From the NCBI GenBank assembly GCA_003635265.1, contig PYIZ01000029.1:77796-141795 (forward strand): DNA of 64,000 nucleotides, written 5' to 3'. This document shows positions 37,615 to 47,906 of the stretch, piece by piece. The DNA is from Candidatus Poribacteria bacterium. Its GTDB lineage: Bacteria > Poribacteria > WGA-4E > PCPOR2b. Below the pieces are notes generated by a model, which was not told the DNA's origin, did no database searches, and saw nothing but the letters and a program-made list of their open reading frames with translations. A program made the position numbers and the translations under genes. Position 1 is the stretch's first letter, and each line of letters begins with the position of its first letter.

Positions 37615-38814
37615 TTACTCAATAACCTGTGAAACAACGCCGGCTCCGACGGTGTGTCCGCCTTCACGAATTGCAAACCGCAGCTCCTCTTCCAGAGCGA
37701 TGGGTTTGGTGAGTTCAACGGTAATTTGGATATTATCTCCGGGCATTACCATTTCAACACCTTCGGGAAGATTCATCACACCCGTCACATCCGTTGTACG
37801 GAAATAGAACTGGGGACGATAGCCACTGAAGAACGGCGTCCAGCGACCACCTTCGTCTTTGTTCAGAATATAGATTTCAGCCGCAAACTGCGTGTGCGGG
37901 GTAATACTACCCGGCGCAGCGAGAACTTGTCCGCGCTCAACGTCCTCACGTTCAATACCACGAAGCAGAACGCCAACGTTATCGCCTGCGCGACCTTCGT
38001 CGAGTAGTTTACGGAACATCTCTACACCGGTGGCAACCGTGTCAGTGGTCGGTGCAAGTCCAACAATTTCAACTGTGTCGCCAACATTAACAATACCGCG
38101 TTCGACACGACCTGTCACAACTGTACCCCGCCCAGTGATTGAGAAGATATCTTCCACAGGCATTAGGAAGGGCCTATCTACATCTCGAACCGGCTCCGGA
38201 ATCCAACTGTCACATGCCTCCATAAGTTCTAAAATTGACTGACATGCCTCGGCATTCGGATCGCCACCAGATTCCATCGCTTCAAGGGCAGACCCACTAA
38301 TAACTGGGATGTCGTCGCCGGGGAACTCATATTCAGTGAGTAGTTCTCGCACTTCAAGTTCTACCAACTCCAGAAGCTCTTCATCGTCAACCATGTCTGC
38401 CTTATTCAGGTAGACAACGAGACTCGGCACGTTCACCTGTCGTGCCAAAAGAACGTGCTCACGGGTTTGGGGCATGGGACCGTCAGCAGCGGAGACAACA
38501 AGAATTGCGCCATCCATCTGCGCTGCACCAGTAATCATGTTTTTGATATAGTCAGCGTGTCCGGGACAGTCTACGTGAGCGTAGTGGCGATTCTCTGTCT
38601 CATACTCAACGTGCGCGGTATTAATGGTAATCCCACGCTCTTTTTCTTCAGGAGCTGCATCAATCTCTTCGTAGGTTTTTATATACTCACTTCCGGAGAG
38701 ATTTGACAACACCATGGTGATTGCAGCGGTTAATGTGGTTTTACCGTGATCAACGTGTCCAATTGTGCCAACATTGACGTGTGGCTTATTCCTTTCAAAT
38801 TTTTCTTTTGCCAT
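37615..38814 (-). CDS. tuf: Elongation factor Tu
   Basis: ORF 37615..38814. [22 protein letters not shown]. Confidence 0.97.
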   Translation of the reverse strand: MAKEKFERNKPHVNVGTIGHVDHGKTTLTAAITMVLSNLSGSEYIKTYEEIDAAPEEKERGITINTAHVEYETENRHYAHVDCPGHADYIKNMITGAAQMDGAILVVSAADGPMPQTREHVLLARQVNVPSLVVYLNKADMVDDEELLELVELEVRELLTEYEFPGDDIPVISGSALEAMESGGDPNAEACQSILELMEACDSWIPEPVRDVDRPFLMPVEDIFSITGRGTVVTGRVERGIVNVGDTVEIVGLAPTTDTVATGVEMFRKLLDEGRAGDNVGVLLRGIEREDVERGQVLAAPGSITPHTQFAAEIYILNKDEGGRWTPFFSGYRPQFYFRTTDVTGVMNLPEGVEMVMPGDNIQITVELTKPIALEEELRFAIREGGHTVGAGVVSQVIE

Positions 38815-38907
38815 GAGTAAATCTCCTCACATTCTTGTAAACTTAAATAACATCCATTAACCTCACTGCCGGATATTAGCAATAAGCTACATCAACAGCG
38901 GGAATGG

Positions 38908-41049
38908 TTAAACAGAAAATCCGTTTGATGAGATAATTTCTTCAGCAATACTCTGGGGAACGGAACTATAATGTGCAAACTCCATCGAATAAGTTGCCCG
39001 TCCTTGCGTCAGCGAACGGAGCGTTTTAACATAGCCGAACATTTCAGCAAGCGGAACATAGGATTTAATAACCTGCGTTCCGGACTTGGGGTGCATATCT
39101 GTCTGGAGAATTTGTGCACGACGCGCATTTAAATCCCCCATTACCTTTCCCAAATAGTCATCCGGGGCGATAACTTCAATCTCCATGATTGGTTCAAGCA
39201 GCATCGGATCTGCGCGTTTCACTGCGTCTTTGAAGGCGATCCGAGCAGCGTTTGAAAATGCAATCTCTGAAGAATCAACGGGGTGGTAAGAACCATCGTA
39301 CAATCGCACACCCACATCAACGAGGGGATAACCCGCTAAAGTTCCGGCGGTTACTGCCTCTTCAAGCCCCTTACGAACAGCGGGTATATACTCTTGAGGA
39401 ATGACGCCTCCCTTTATTTCGTTGACGAATTCAAAACCGGATCCTTGTTCTAATGGATAAATCTCAATGACCACATGTCCGAATTGACCGCGCCCACCGG
39501 ATTGACGAACAAAACGTTCGTTGGATATTGCAGAACGTTGGATAGTCTCTCGGTATGAAACTTGAGGTTGGCCAATCTCTGCTGAAACCTTAAATTCCCG
39601 AACCAAGCGATCCACGATAATCTCTAGATGCAACTCTCCCATGCCGGACAGGAGCGTTTGTCCTGTTTCTGGGTCCTGATGAATCTTAAAAGTTGGGTCT
39701 TCTTCAGCCAACTTTGATAGGGCTATGTTCATCTTTTCGATGTCTGACTTGGTTTGAGGCTCGATAGCGATGGACATTACTGGAGATGGAAATGCCATTG
39801 ATTCCAAGACGATTGGGTCATTCGGATCGCAGATGGTATCCCCAGTCATCACAGATTTGAATCCAATGATGGCAGCGATATCGCCTGCATAGATGGCTTG
39901 GCGTTCCTCACGCTTGTTTGCGTGTAACTGCATCAACCTACCGATCCTTTCAAACTTCCGGTGCGTACTGTTGTATACAGTCATCCCTTTAGCTAAAACA
40001 CCGGAGTAGACACGGAGGAATGTAAGTTTGCCAACGTGCGGATCAGTTGTAATTTTGAATGCTAGCGCAGAAAAAGGCGCATCATCGTCTGCTAAACGGG
40101 TTCCTTCCTCTTCAACATCTGGATTCAAGCCGGTTACCGGTGGTACGTCTGTTGGGGAGGGCAGATAATCGACCACTGCATCTAGTAACGGTTGGACACC
40201 TTTATTCTTCAGGGCGGTGCCGCACAAGACAGGCACAATTTTTCCGCTTAACGTCGCGTTCCTCAAACCTGCTTTAATCTCTTCTTCGGACAACTCAATC
40301 CCATCAATATATTTAGCCAAGAGGTCATCATCACAATCGGCGATTGCTTCCAACATCTGTTCCCGGTATTCCAGAACACTTCCCATCATTTCATCTGGAA
40401 TATCTGTATCAAACATTATAGATCCTGCACTAGCTTCGTCCCATGCGAGACCTTTCAGTGAAATCAGATCGACAATGCCGCTGAAACTCTCGGCGGAACC
40501 AATTGGTAGTTGGATGGGTACTGCGGAAGTACCAAGTCGCTCAACCATCATTTCGACCGTTCGGAAAAAGTCTGCACCGGTCCGATCCATTTTATTGATC
40601 AGTGCGATACGCGGTACCTGATATTTATCTGCTTGTCTCCAAACCGTTTCTGATTGAGGCTCTACGCCGCCAACTGCGCAGAAAACAGCGACAGCTCCAT
40701 CAAGGATTCGCAGCGATCTTTCAACTTCAACGGTGAAGTCGATATGTCCGGGGGTATCAATAATGTTGATACCGTGTCCATTCCATTGGCACGTTGTTGC
40801 GGCAGCGGTGATGGTGATACCTCGTTCCTGTTCCTGTGCCATCCAATCCATTGTTGTTGTGCCGTCGTCGACCTCTCCCATACGATGCACTTTGCCTGTA
40901 TAGTACAACATGCGTTCGGTTACAGTTGTCTTGCCTGCATCAATATGCGCCATGATGCCGATGTTGCGTGTATGGGTCAATGGAAACCGGCGCTGCTCTA
41001 TGGAACGCCGGTTTTCAGAGATCATTCGATTTTGCTTTGTAGCTCTCAT
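38908..41049 (-). CDS. fusA: Elongation factor G
   Basis: ORF 38908..41049. [22 protein letters not shown]. The exact start is uncertain (M1 or M9); the N-terminus is slightly longer than usual. Confidence 0.95.
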   Translation of the reverse strand: MRATKQNRMISENRRSIEQRRFPLTHTRNIGIMAHIDAGKTTVTERMLYYTGKVHRMGEVDDGTTTMDWMAQEQERGITITAAATTCQWNGHGINIIDTPGHIDFTVEVERSLRILDGAVAVFCAVGGVEPQSETVWRQADKYQVPRIALINKMDRTGADFFRTVEMMVERLGTSAVPIQLPIGSAESFSGIVDLISLKGLAWDEASAGSIMFDTDIPDEMMGSVLEYREQMLEAIADCDDDLLAKYIDGIELSEEEIKAGLRNATLSGKIVPVLCGTALKNKGVQPLLDAVVDYLPSPTDVPPVTGLNPDVEEEGTRLADDDAPFSALAFKITTDPHVGKLTFLRVYSGVLAKGMTVYNSTHRKFERIGRLMQLHANKREERQAIYAGDIAAIIGFKSVMTGDTICDPNDPIVLESMAFPSPVMSIAIEPQTKSDIEKMNIALSKLAEEDPTFKIHQDPETGQTLLSGMGELHLEIIVDRLVREFKVSAEIGQPQVSYRETIQRSAISNERFVRQSGGRGQFGHVVIEIYPLEQGSGFEFVNEIKGGVIPQEYIPAVRKGLEEAVTAGTLAGYPLVDVGVRLYDGSYHPVDSSEIAFSNAARIAFKDAVKRADPMLLEPIMEIEVIAPDDYLGKVMGDLNARRAQILQTDMHPKSGTQVIKSYVPLAEMFGYVKTLRSLTQGRATYSMEFAHYSSVPQSIAEEIISSNGFSV

Positions 41050-41097
41050 TTTTCCTAAACTTCCTACGATACAATAAAAAAGATAAAAAGTTACTAC

Positions 41098-41568
41098 CTA
41101 CCAACGATAATGTGCAAATGCTCTGTTTGCTTCTGCCATACGATGTTGATCAAGTTTTCTGCTAATGGAAGCCCCATCATTCCTAGCGGCGTCTAATAGT
41201 TCTCCCGCCAACCGCTCTGCCATCGTTTTCTCTCGACGGTCTCTTGCAGATTGGATAATCCAGCGAAGTGCCAATGTCGTGCGGCGTTCTGCCTTAACGT
41301 CAACGGGAACTTGGTAGGTTGCTCCTCCAACACGCCGAGACCGAATCTCAAGCACCGGCTTAACGTTGTTGATTGCTTCGTGGAAAACTGTAAGTCCATC
41401 TTGGTTAGCGCGTTGCTCAACAATGTCTATACTGTCATATAGAATTGCACGCGCAACACTCTTTTTTCCACGAGCCATTAAGAAATTTATAAATTTCGCA
41501 ACTAGCTTACTATTATATTTTGGGTCTGGGAGTACGTCCCGTTTAACAACCTCTGCACGACGTGGCAT
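41098..41568 (-). CDS. rpsG: 30S ribosomal protein S7
   Basis: ORF 41098..41568. Confidence 0.95.
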   Translation of the reverse strand: MPRRAEVVKRDVLPDPKYNSKLVAKFINFLMARGKKSVARAILYDSIDIVEQRANQDGLTVFHEAINNVKPVLEIRSRRVGGATYQVPVDVKAERRTTLALRWIIQSARDRREKTMAERLAGELLDAARNDGASISRKLDQHRMAEANRAFAHYRW

Positions 41569-41584
41569 ACCTTACTTGCCTCCT

Positions 41585-41956
41585 CTAGCCGGCACTCTTT
41601 GCGCCATATTTCGATCTGGCTTGCCGTCGATTTTCAACACCCGCTGTGTCTAATGTGCCTCGGACAATGTGATATCTGACATTGGGCAAATCCTTAACTC
41701 TTCCGCCTCGCACAAGTACAACCGAGTGTTCTTGAAGATTATGATCTATGCCGGGGATATAGCAGGTAGCTTCTTGACCATTTGTGAAACGGACACGAGC
41801 GACCTTGCGAAGTGCTGAATTCGGTTTCTTAGGTGTTATTGTCCTGACTTGTAAGCAGATGCCTCGTCGTTGAGGGCAACTGTCTAAGACCGGAGATTTG
41901 CTTTTCTTACTTGTTCTTTTCCGAGATTTTCTGACTAGCTGATTTATTGTTGGCAT
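41585..41956 (-). CDS. rpsL: 30S ribosomal protein S12
   Basis: ORF 41585..41956. [10 protein letters not shown]...[10 protein letters not shown]. Confidence 0.97.
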   Translation of the reverse strand: MPTINQLVRKSRKRTSKKSKSPVLDSCPQRRGICLQVRTITPKKPNSALRKVARVRFTNGQEATCYIPGIDHNLQEHSVVLVRGGRVKDLPNVRYHIVRGTLDTAGVENRRQARSKYGAKSAG

Positions 41957-42136
41957 ATCAACCTCGATTGACTAATGATGTGCAGGCATAAATAAAGCCC
42001 CGCTATGGGGGCTCACAAAGTTGTCCGCTATAACGAAGTAACTGTGAAAAACACGCCAAAGTGTTTTAGAACTATAAAGTCCTCCCCTTTTCCGCCTGAC
42101 TTAAGGCGAAAATCCTAAGTTAGCGTCAAAGGGCGA

Positions 42137-42165
42137 ATTATACCAAACTTACGATTGAATGTCAA
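42137..42165 (-). promoter_or_regulatory. Consensus sigma70 promoter of the ribosomal supercluster
   Basis: Minus strand: TTGACA (42160-42165), exact 17-nt spacer, TATAAT (42137-42142). It lies about 175 nt upstream of the rpsL ATG. Confidence 0.65.
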
Positions 42166-42249
42166 GCCCTTTTCTGCATTTTTTATTAAGTTTTTTCATG
42201 CCGCCTTAAAATTAACGGAATATTACAAATTATGTTTCCTATAACTTGG

Positions 42250-43257
42250 TCACATCCGTATCGCCGGCTCTTGAATTGTATCCAACAATTGAGTGATTAC
42301 AGCATCAGAATCAACGCCCTCAGCTTCCGCGTGGAAATTGGTGAGAACACGATGCCGGAGAACGGCGTGCGCCACCGATTTAACGTCTTCTATAGACGCA
42401 TTCACACGCCCCCGTAGGATGCCGCGCGCTTTCGCACCAAGGATGAGGTACTGTCCCGCCCGTGGACCTGCACCCCATCTTACCCACTGTTGGATAAAAT
42501 CTGGGGCATCTTTGCCTTTGGGACGAGTTGCCCGCGCTAACTGGACCGCATACTGCACAACGTTATCAGCGGCTGAAACCCGCCGGACAATCTGATTAAG
42601 CGTTATGATGTCCTCGCCGGAAAGCACGGCTTCAAGTTCAGGCTCCTCAACGCTGGTTGTCGAGGAAACAATCGCGACCTCCTCCTCCTCACTCGGATAA
42701 TCGATTACAATCTTAAACATGAAACGGTCCAGTTGAGCCTCCGGCAGCGGATATGTTCCTTCCTGCTCAATTGGATTCTGTGTGGCAAGCACAAAGAACG
42801 GTTGTTCCAGAGTATACATGGTCCCACCCGCTGTGACATGATATTCCTGCATCGCTTCGAGTAACGCAGCTTGGGTCTTGGGTGGAGTTCGGTTGATTTC
42901 ATCGGCAAGCAGAATGTTGGCGAATATCGGACCTTGGATGAAACGAATCTCCCGATGACCGGTGGAGCGTTCTTCTTCCAAAACGTCTGTGCCGGTAATG
43001 TCAGCAGGCATTAGATCCGGCGTGAACTGAATTCGCTTGAACTGAAGATTGAGGATTTGGGCAAGGGTCTTAATCGTCAAGGTTTTGGCGAGCCCGGGCA
43101 CACCTTCGAGCAAACAGTGGCCGCCTGCAAAGAATGCCATCAGCATCTGATCAATCACCTCCTCTTGACCGACAATTACTTTCTTGAGCTGCTCTGAGAT
43201 GAGGTCTCTGGCATCCATCAGTTTTTCAATTGCTTGAACTTCTTCTGTCGCTGGCAT
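42250..43257 (-). CDS. MoxR-family AAA+ ATPase
   Basis: ORF 42250..43257. Walker A GVPGLAKT, Walker B LLADEINR. The 335-aa size is typical of MoxR. Confidence 0.88.
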   Translation of the reverse strand: MPATEEVQAIEKLMDARDLISEQLKKVIVGQEEVIDQMLMAFFAGGHCLLEGVPGLAKTLTIKTLAQILNLQFKRIQFTPDLMPADITGTDVLEEERSTGHREIRFIQGPIFANILLADEINRTPPKTQAALLEAMQEYHVTAGGTMYTLEQPFFVLATQNPIEQEGTYPLPEAQLDRFMFKIVIDYPSEEEEVAIVSSTTSVEEPELEAVLSGEDIITLNQIVRRVSAADNVVQYAVQLARATRPKGKDAPDFIQQWVRWGAGPRAGQYLILGAKARGILRGRVNASIEDVKSVAHAVLRHRVLTNFHAEAEGVDSDAVITQLLDTIQEPAIRM

Positions 43258-43286
43258 AATGTCTATGACTCCTTAGTTTTTCTGTT

Positions 43287-43388
43287 CGTAGGTCGGGTTG
43301 AACGGTTAAACGTAAAGTCCTATCAAATCCAATAGACGTTCGATTGTTCAACAACACTTACTTCTAGACAGCTAGAGTGAAACCCGAC
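43287..43388 (+). repeat. REP-like element, long variant (GTAG head, GTCGGGTT...AACCCGAC stem with an 81-nt insert)
   Basis: cGTAGGTCGGGTTGAACGG...GTGAAACCCGAC. The ends match the short copy at 52298-52333. Confidence 0.6.
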
Positions 43389-43405
43389 AAAGCTTTTCTG
43401 AATTC

Positions 43406-43432
43406 GATGCGGTTTCCAACCGCACCTACCGG
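43406..43432 (-). repeat. REP-like element (GTAG head plus hairpin), inverted relative to its neighbour
   Basis: The reverse complement reads ccgGTAGGTGCGGTTggaaAACCGCAtc. It is of the same type as 46756-46782. Confidence 0.7.
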
Positions 43433-43488
43433 ACCTGGGGAAAATATAGAATTACCGAATTATTTTCTGAAACTTCGTTTTCCCTCAA

Positions 43489-44652
43489 TCAGCGGGAATG
43501 GTTCCAACTCGCTACGAAATCGTCAATGTCGAAGGCAGGCATCTCGTTGAAGATATAAGGAGTTGGCTCCTTGTTCTGGAAGCCGGGCACGAGTTGTGGC
43601 GAATCGGTCTGGAGTGCGCTATCCAACGAGAGGAACCGCTGCCACAGCAGTTCTCGCTCCGATTCCGTGAAGCGATCAGACATTGGCTCGCGCGGATGGT
43701 GGCGTATATTCTTCGCCCGTTTGGACAACAGCACGAGACAGGTCATTCGACCTTCTACCCCTGGGTGCAGTTCAGCCAACCCCTGACGAAATCCTCCTTC
43801 ATCTAACCCGATAATTGCGCGAAAAATGCGCTCAATCAAGGCGAGTTCGCCTCGTTCCAGATCGAGAAAATGTTCAAACTTAATCCCTAGATGCGCCGGT
43901 AACCGATCAATCAACTCCGGTTGCCAGACGAAGGAGTGTGCGTGTGGGTATATACCGTTACCAAAGGCACGATAGGTATATTGTAGGGTCCGACGCAACT
44001 TTGTGCTGTAGTTGCTACCCCAATGTAGAATCGCGTTCAGGTATACAACGCCATCGCCTGCCTTCAACTCAATCGGGATACCACTGTCCAACGGCTCATG
44101 TTCGCTTTTGGATAACTGCCGATTTTCCGCCTCGGTGTTAAACCTTCTGTGGCTGCCGGGAACTGCCCATAGCACATCATCGTCATACAGCGGGATGTTC
44201 CACTGCGTGTATGCTGGAGGGTTCGCTAGAGAGTCTGTGAACAATCCCTCCAACGGTCCCTCGCGCCATGACCGGATATCGCGATGCCAGTCCCACGGAC
44301 CGTGGTCTACCCGTGGGTTGCAGAACATGCCAAACTGCAACGGTGCTACCTCCTCCGCCTGCATTAACTGCTTGCTGATTCCGTAGGTGTTCTCATGAAA
44401 CACAAACTCTACCGACTCCGCTGCCTCTGGATCGACCACCCGATCGAATAACACCCGTGGTTGTGGACCTGACTCCCACTCTCCGCCCGGCGGTTCGCCC
44501 GGCTTGCGATTGTCCGCCCACCACCGCTTATGCCGTTCGAGCATCTGCTCACAATGTGTCCGCAACGACTCAAGTTGTTGCGGTGGGACACACTCGCGTA
44601 CGATGATGTAGCCTTTGGCCTGAAGTTCTTTCGTGTTTACGGCTGTCGTCAC
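43489..44652 (-). CDS. PhyH-like Fe(II)/2-oxoglutarate oxygenase (long paralog)
   Basis: ORF 43489..44721 (TTG start in the track). A REP palindrome covers 44709-44734, so I favour the in-frame GTG at 44650-44652 ((M)TTAVNTKELQAKGYIIV). The start remains uncertain. HxD in WDWHRDI, then PGSHRR and distal His in NAILHWGS. Confidence 0.6.
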   Translation of the reverse strand: MTTAVNTKELQAKGYIIVRECVPPQQLESLRTHCEQMLERHKRWWADNRKPGEPPGGEWESGPQPRVLFDRVVDPEAAESVEFVFHENTYGISKQLMQAEEVAPLQFGMFCNPRVDHGPWDWHRDIRSWREGPLEGLFTDSLANPPAYTQWNIPLYDDDVLWAVPGSHRRFNTEAENRQLSKSEHEPLDSGIPIELKAGDGVVYLNAILHWGSNYSTKLRRTLQYTYRAFGNGIYPHAHSFVWQPELIDRLPAHLGIKFEHFLDLERGELALIERIFRAIIGLDEGGFRQGLAELHPGVEGRMTCLVLLSKRAKNIRHHPREPMSDRFTESERELLWQRFLSLDSALQTDSPQLVPGFQNKEPTPYIFNEMPAFDIDDFVASWNHSR

Positions 44653-44708
44653 GGTATCCAATTTACCGATTTTGTTTCGGTTTATGTTAAGAAATTGTGC
44701 AACAGGAA

Positions 44709-44734
44709 CCGTAGGGAACAACGATCGTTGTTCC
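44709..44734 (+). repeat. REP-like element (GTAG head plus a perfect 20-bp palindrome)
   Basis: ccGTAG-GGAACAACGA|TCGTTGTTCC. Confidence 0.7.
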
Positions 44735-44746
44735 TTACTGCTGCAT

Positions 44747-44796
44747 CAATGAACCAATGAACTAATGAACCAGTGAACTAATGAACCAGTGAACTA
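44747..44796. repeat. Tandem 8-nt word array ((C/T)A(A/G)TGAAC), 6 units
   Basis: CAATGAAC CAATGAAC TAATGAAC CAGTGAAC TAATGAAC CAGTGAAC ta. Confidence 0.85.
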
Positions 44797-44802
44797 TAAC
44801 AG

Positions 44803-44830
44803 TTTTCACGTTTCACGCATCACGTTTCAT
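44803..44830. repeat. Tandem 7-nt word array (CACGTTT-type), same word as at 4260-4297
   Basis: CACG at 44807, 44814 and 44821, then CAT at 44828, with a 7-nt period. Confidence 0.8.
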
Positions 44831-44866
44831 ATTCTTAGCGTTTCACACTTTCTTTTAATATGAACC

Positions 44867-45811
44867 TCATTGCTTTCTTTGAATTTCTGCGGTCTGCTTC
44901 GCAACCGTCTCAAGTTGGTCTTCATCCCACTGTTCTTGCTGCTGCAATGCGTACAACGATGTATAACCCCCCGACCAATCAGGAGGCACTAGGCAGGGAC
45001 GGTCATCGTGGTGCGCCCAGCGTGCCGGCTCGCCCTTTACAATGGTGCCTTCATATCGACTGGGTAACGGATTGGCGGTGTAGGTGAAAGCGTCGGCTGA
45101 CGAATAGATGTTCAGCAATAACGGGCGCCCTTGGTCGGAAAGGTTCGGCTTGGAACCGTGAATAACGCGACAGTTATGAATCGTGATGGATCCGGCGGGT
45201 CCCTTCAGATACTCAACATTCTCTGTGTCAACGCTCTTGGCATCTTCGTCGCTGAGGCAACCGACCCATTGATTGCTGTCATTGTATTGATTGAAGAGTT
45301 CGCCCTTGTGGCTTCCGGCGATCGCACCGAGGGGTCCCTGATCATCGTCCACATCATAAAGATAGACCCCGATTGTGAGCGGACTATAGTTGGTATGGGG
45401 CCAATAGGTGATGTCTTGATGCCACTTAACCTCTTCGCCGCCTTCTGCCCATTTGAAGTTCAGTTTAGAGTGATGGAATTTCACGTCCGGTCCTACCAGA
45501 TCCGCTGCCACATCGACGATAATCGACTGCGAAGCAAACTCCCAATAGGTCGGGTGATGTTCAACCGGACTAGTCAAGCGGCGCAGGCGCGGATTGTCCG
45601 CCGTGTGACCCGGCTCCAGATCGAACACCATGTCTGACTTGTCCAAGGAACGGCTGCGCTGCACCATTTCGTCCGTAACGTCGATCAGACGTTCGACCCA
45701 ATCCTGCGGTACAATGCTTTCAACGAGCAGGTATCCGTTATCAAAGTAAAATTGACGTTGCTCTTGGGTGAGCGTTTCAGGTTCATGGGACAATATCTTC
45801 TCAGGTGTCAT
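44867..45811 (-). CDS. Phytanoyl-CoA dioxygenase (PhyH) family oxygenase
   Basis: ORF 44867..45811. WHQDITYW, AGSHKG, RVIHGSKPNLS. Confidence 0.82.
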   Translation of the reverse strand: MTPEKILSHEPETLTQEQRQFYFDNGYLLVESIVPQDWVERLIDVTDEMVQRSRSLDKSDMVFDLEPGHTADNPRLRRLTSPVEHHPTYWEFASQSIIVDVAADLVGPDVKFHHSKLNFKWAEGGEEVKWHQDITYWPHTNYSPLTIGVYLYDVDDDQGPLGAIAGSHKGELFNQYNDSNQWVGCLSDEDAKSVDTENVEYLKGPAGSITIHNCRVIHGSKPNLSDQGRPLLLNIYSSADAFTYTANPLPSRYEGTIVKGEPARWAHHDDRPCLVPPDWSGGYTSLYALQQQEQWDEDQLETVAKQTAEIQRKQ

Positions 45812-45860
45812 CAGATAACCTCCTGCTGTGCGGAATCAGCGATAGAATCTATGTTTTCTG

Positions 45861-46715
45861 CTAACCGGACCTTCGCTGATACAAAACCCGCCCATACGGT
45901 TCAGCGTTCCCATCGTATTTTGGGTTCAGGCGGCGAACCATTTCTTGCGCCTCTTGAGACCAATCTTCGGGGATAGGGTGTGTTTTGCTCGCTAGCTGTG
46001 CTTTGATGCGCTCCGGCAACTCGTAAAAATCGGGCTGGAACCACAGTGTGATGACTGTGCGGCGTTCGTCGGAGTTGTTCGCATACGAGGCGTGCAGCAA
46101 ACGTGAATCACCAATCAGCAGATCACCCGCTTTGACCGGGACATCAATTTCGTCGGGGCGCGTCGAAAATTCAGGGCGGTCTAAGTTTTTTGCCGCTGAA
46201 ATCTCACCGGCGTGTGGCTCCATAATTAAATCGTGGAGTGGGTTGTGCTTGTAATGCGACCCCGGAATCACACGGAGACAACCGTTATGGGGTGTGGTAT
46301 CGGTCAGGTAGTACATAAAGAAGACCTGCTGTGGTCGTGGGTCGTAGGTGCTTGGATCTTCCCAACCAAACCAGTCGTAATGCCAAAACAGCGGTGGACT
46401 GTGCGGCGGCTTGCTCAGGATATATCCACTGGTAAAGGTTGGATCCTTGAACCCCATTGATTTCAACGCGTCAAGCGACAGCTGCCACGCAATCAGTTCC
46501 GCGAAAACCGGGTCCTCGTAAGTTCTGAACGCGCTACCTTGAGAGCGAAAATATTTCCTATGCTCCTCTGTCATGTTTTCGCAGAGTTGGTCTGTCACGC
46601 TCCGAAGTTGGTCGAGTAGCGCATCACTCAGGATATTTTCAAAGACACAGAACCCTTCATTGACGAGTTGGTTATATTTCTCTTTCGACATACAGCCCCT
46701 CACATTACAGCCCAA
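45861..46715 (-). CDS. Phytanoyl-CoA dioxygenase (PhyH) family oxygenase
   Basis: ORF 45861..46715. WHYDWFGW, IPGSHYKH, LLHASYANNSDERR. Confidence 0.8.
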   Translation of the reverse strand: MGCNVRGCMSKEKYNQLVNEGFCVFENILSDALLDQLRSVTDQLCENMTEEHRKYFRSQGSAFRTYEDPVFAELIAWQLSLDALKSMGFKDPTFTSGYILSKPPHSPPLFWHYDWFGWEDPSTYDPRPQQVFFMYYLTDTTPHNGCLRVIPGSHYKHNPLHDLIMEPHAGEISAAKNLDRPEFSTRPDEIDVPVKAGDLLIGDSRLLHASYANNSDERRTVITLWFQPDFYELPERIKAQLASKTHPIPEDWSQEAQEMVRRLNPKYDGNAEPYGRVLYQRRSG

Positions 46716-46755
46716 TTATGGTGAATTTGAAAAATAAATAGACACTTTCGCCCCT

Positions 46756-46782
46756 CGGTAGGTGCGGTTTCCTAACCGCACC
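46756..46782 (+). repeat. REP-like element (GTAG head plus hairpin)
   Basis: cgGTAGGTGCGGTTtcctAACCGCACC, itself bracketed by a 7-bp inverted repeat AGACACT/AGTGTCT (46740-46746 / 46790-46796). Confidence 0.7.
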
Positions 46783-47162
46783 GGTTTGGAGTGTCTCATT
46801 AATTCTAAGATCCACTATAAGTCAAGTTAAAGCCCTGATTATTGTAGTCGAACAAGAAGAACAAAGTCAAGAATAGAAATTTACGGTAAGATTGAGAATC
46901 GGCGGGTGTTGTCGCAATCTCTCAAACCGGAGTTCGATACGCCGTGGCGCTATCCGGTCAAAATTGAAGGCTACACCGAATCTCCAAAGCCGCGGTTGGC
47001 TGGACAGCGATTTCTTGAATCAGTCCGTTGACGGCGGCTTTTTGTATTTCAAGGGTATCGACGGTGTGGAAGGAGCTAGCTTAGAAGGTAGGAATATCAT
47101 GTAGTTTCGGGATGGGGATTGGGAGTGGAGGCTGTTTCGATCTCTTATTGGGCAGGTGATGC

Positions 47163-47191
47163 GGTGGGTTGCCGCCTTGCCCACCTTTTTT
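47163..47191 (+). terminator. Terminator-like hairpin plus T6 with no obvious upstream gene
   Basis: GGTGGG(T)-loop-(G)CCCACC followed by TTTTTTATT. It lies in a 612-bp gene-free gap. Confidence 0.3.
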
Positions 47192-47327
47192 ATTAGATAC
47201 TTTCTGGGGGTTCAAAAACAAGGGAGAATCCCATGCAGTATTTTCAATCTGCGTCCGTTTTTTGTCGACTTGAATTTTAACACTGAGAGGAAATCTGACT
47301 GGAAATTTTAAGCAGCGTACCCAAAAG

Positions 47328-47906
47328 TTACGGGAGATTGTTGGCAGCTCGAATCTCTTCTTTGCTATACGCCTCATCCATCCATTCAGTAATACGCCAT
47401 TCTTGCTTACTGGAATCCTTATTTCTTCTCAACTCAAAGGAAAACACATTATTCCCTTCTGCGAACCAACCCGTAAATCCTCCTTCAAGGGCCTCTCCAT
47501 CAGCGACAAACCCTTGGATCCGATAATGGTTTCTGACCTCTGCTCGCGTCCGATCTGTATTCAGTTGTATCTCGGGTGGTTCAGACAATTCAATCTCAAT
47601 ATCTTGGAACATGTCAAAAACGCGCTTTGCTGCATCTCTTTCGTCCCGGATATCGTCAAATACAACATCATCCGTTTTATCGTCGTTTGTTCCCATATCT
47701 GAAACGTAAAGAAATCCATCTTCCCAGAACGCACTCATATACCTATCAAGGTCTTCGCTCTGATAACCTTCACGCCAGTTTTTCAGAACTTGATTAATTA
47801 GAACAAGCTCTGGTGGTTGGGGTATGGGACTACTTACATCCCCGCAACTTGTAAGCACACTAAAAACGAGCAATAGCCCAATGATTTTAGCGAATACTTT
47901 TAACAT
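47328..47906 (-). CDS. Lipoprotein with an NTF2-like (SnoaL/DUF4440-type) domain
   Basis: ORF 47328..47954. The start is moved to MLKVFAKIIGLLLVFSVLTSC (lipobox LTSC) 7 nt after GGAGGGAG. The VLKNWREGYQSEDLDRYMSAFWEDGFLY pattern fits the NTF2 fold. Confidence 0.55.
   Translation of the reverse strand: MLKVFAKIIGLLLVFSVLTSCGDVSSPIPQPPELVLINQVLKNWREGYQSEDLDRYMSAFWEDGFLYVSDMGTNDDKTDDVVFDDIRDERDAAKRVFDMFQDIEIELSEPPEIQLNTDRTRAEVRNHYRIQGFVADGEALEGGFTGWFAEGNNVFSFELRRNKDSSKQEWRITEWMDEAYSKEEIRAANNLP

Noticed and set aside
25449-41058. Numerous 60-134-aa plus-strand ORFs across the ribosomal protein, tuf and fusA genes
   Set aside because: All are antisense to highly conserved, confidently identified genes. 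None has independent support.
44747-44830. Tandem word arrays considered as a possible CRISPR array or microsatellite-type phase-variation tract
   Set aside because: The units are 7-8 nt with no spacers, so this is not a CRISPR. The arrays are intergenic and not within or abutting a reading frame in a way that would shift translation, so classical phase variation is unsupported.
46925-46945. GGAGTTCGATAC, a T-loop-like string checked as a possible tRNA
   Set aside because: The flanks cannot form an acceptor or T stem. I found no other tRNA-like cloverleaf in any spacer.
46958-47083. Minus-strand stop-to-stop segment translating to ASSFHTVDTLEIQKAAVNGLIQEIAVQPTAALEIRCSLQF, considered as a gene remnant
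   Set aside because: It is only 40 codons, has no start codon, and I recognise no family. It cannot be distinguished from chance without a database search.
46892-47104. 70-aa plus-strand ORF upstream of the orphan terminator-like hairpin
   Set aside because: It has no RBS and its composition is Arg/Ser/Gly-rich and non-protein-like. I kept only the observation that the gap might encode an RNA.
47081-47377. 98-aa minus-strand ORF
   Set aside because: It overlaps the 3' end of the NTF2-like lipoprotein gene in another frame, and it has a Pro/Lys-rich low-complexity C-terminus.
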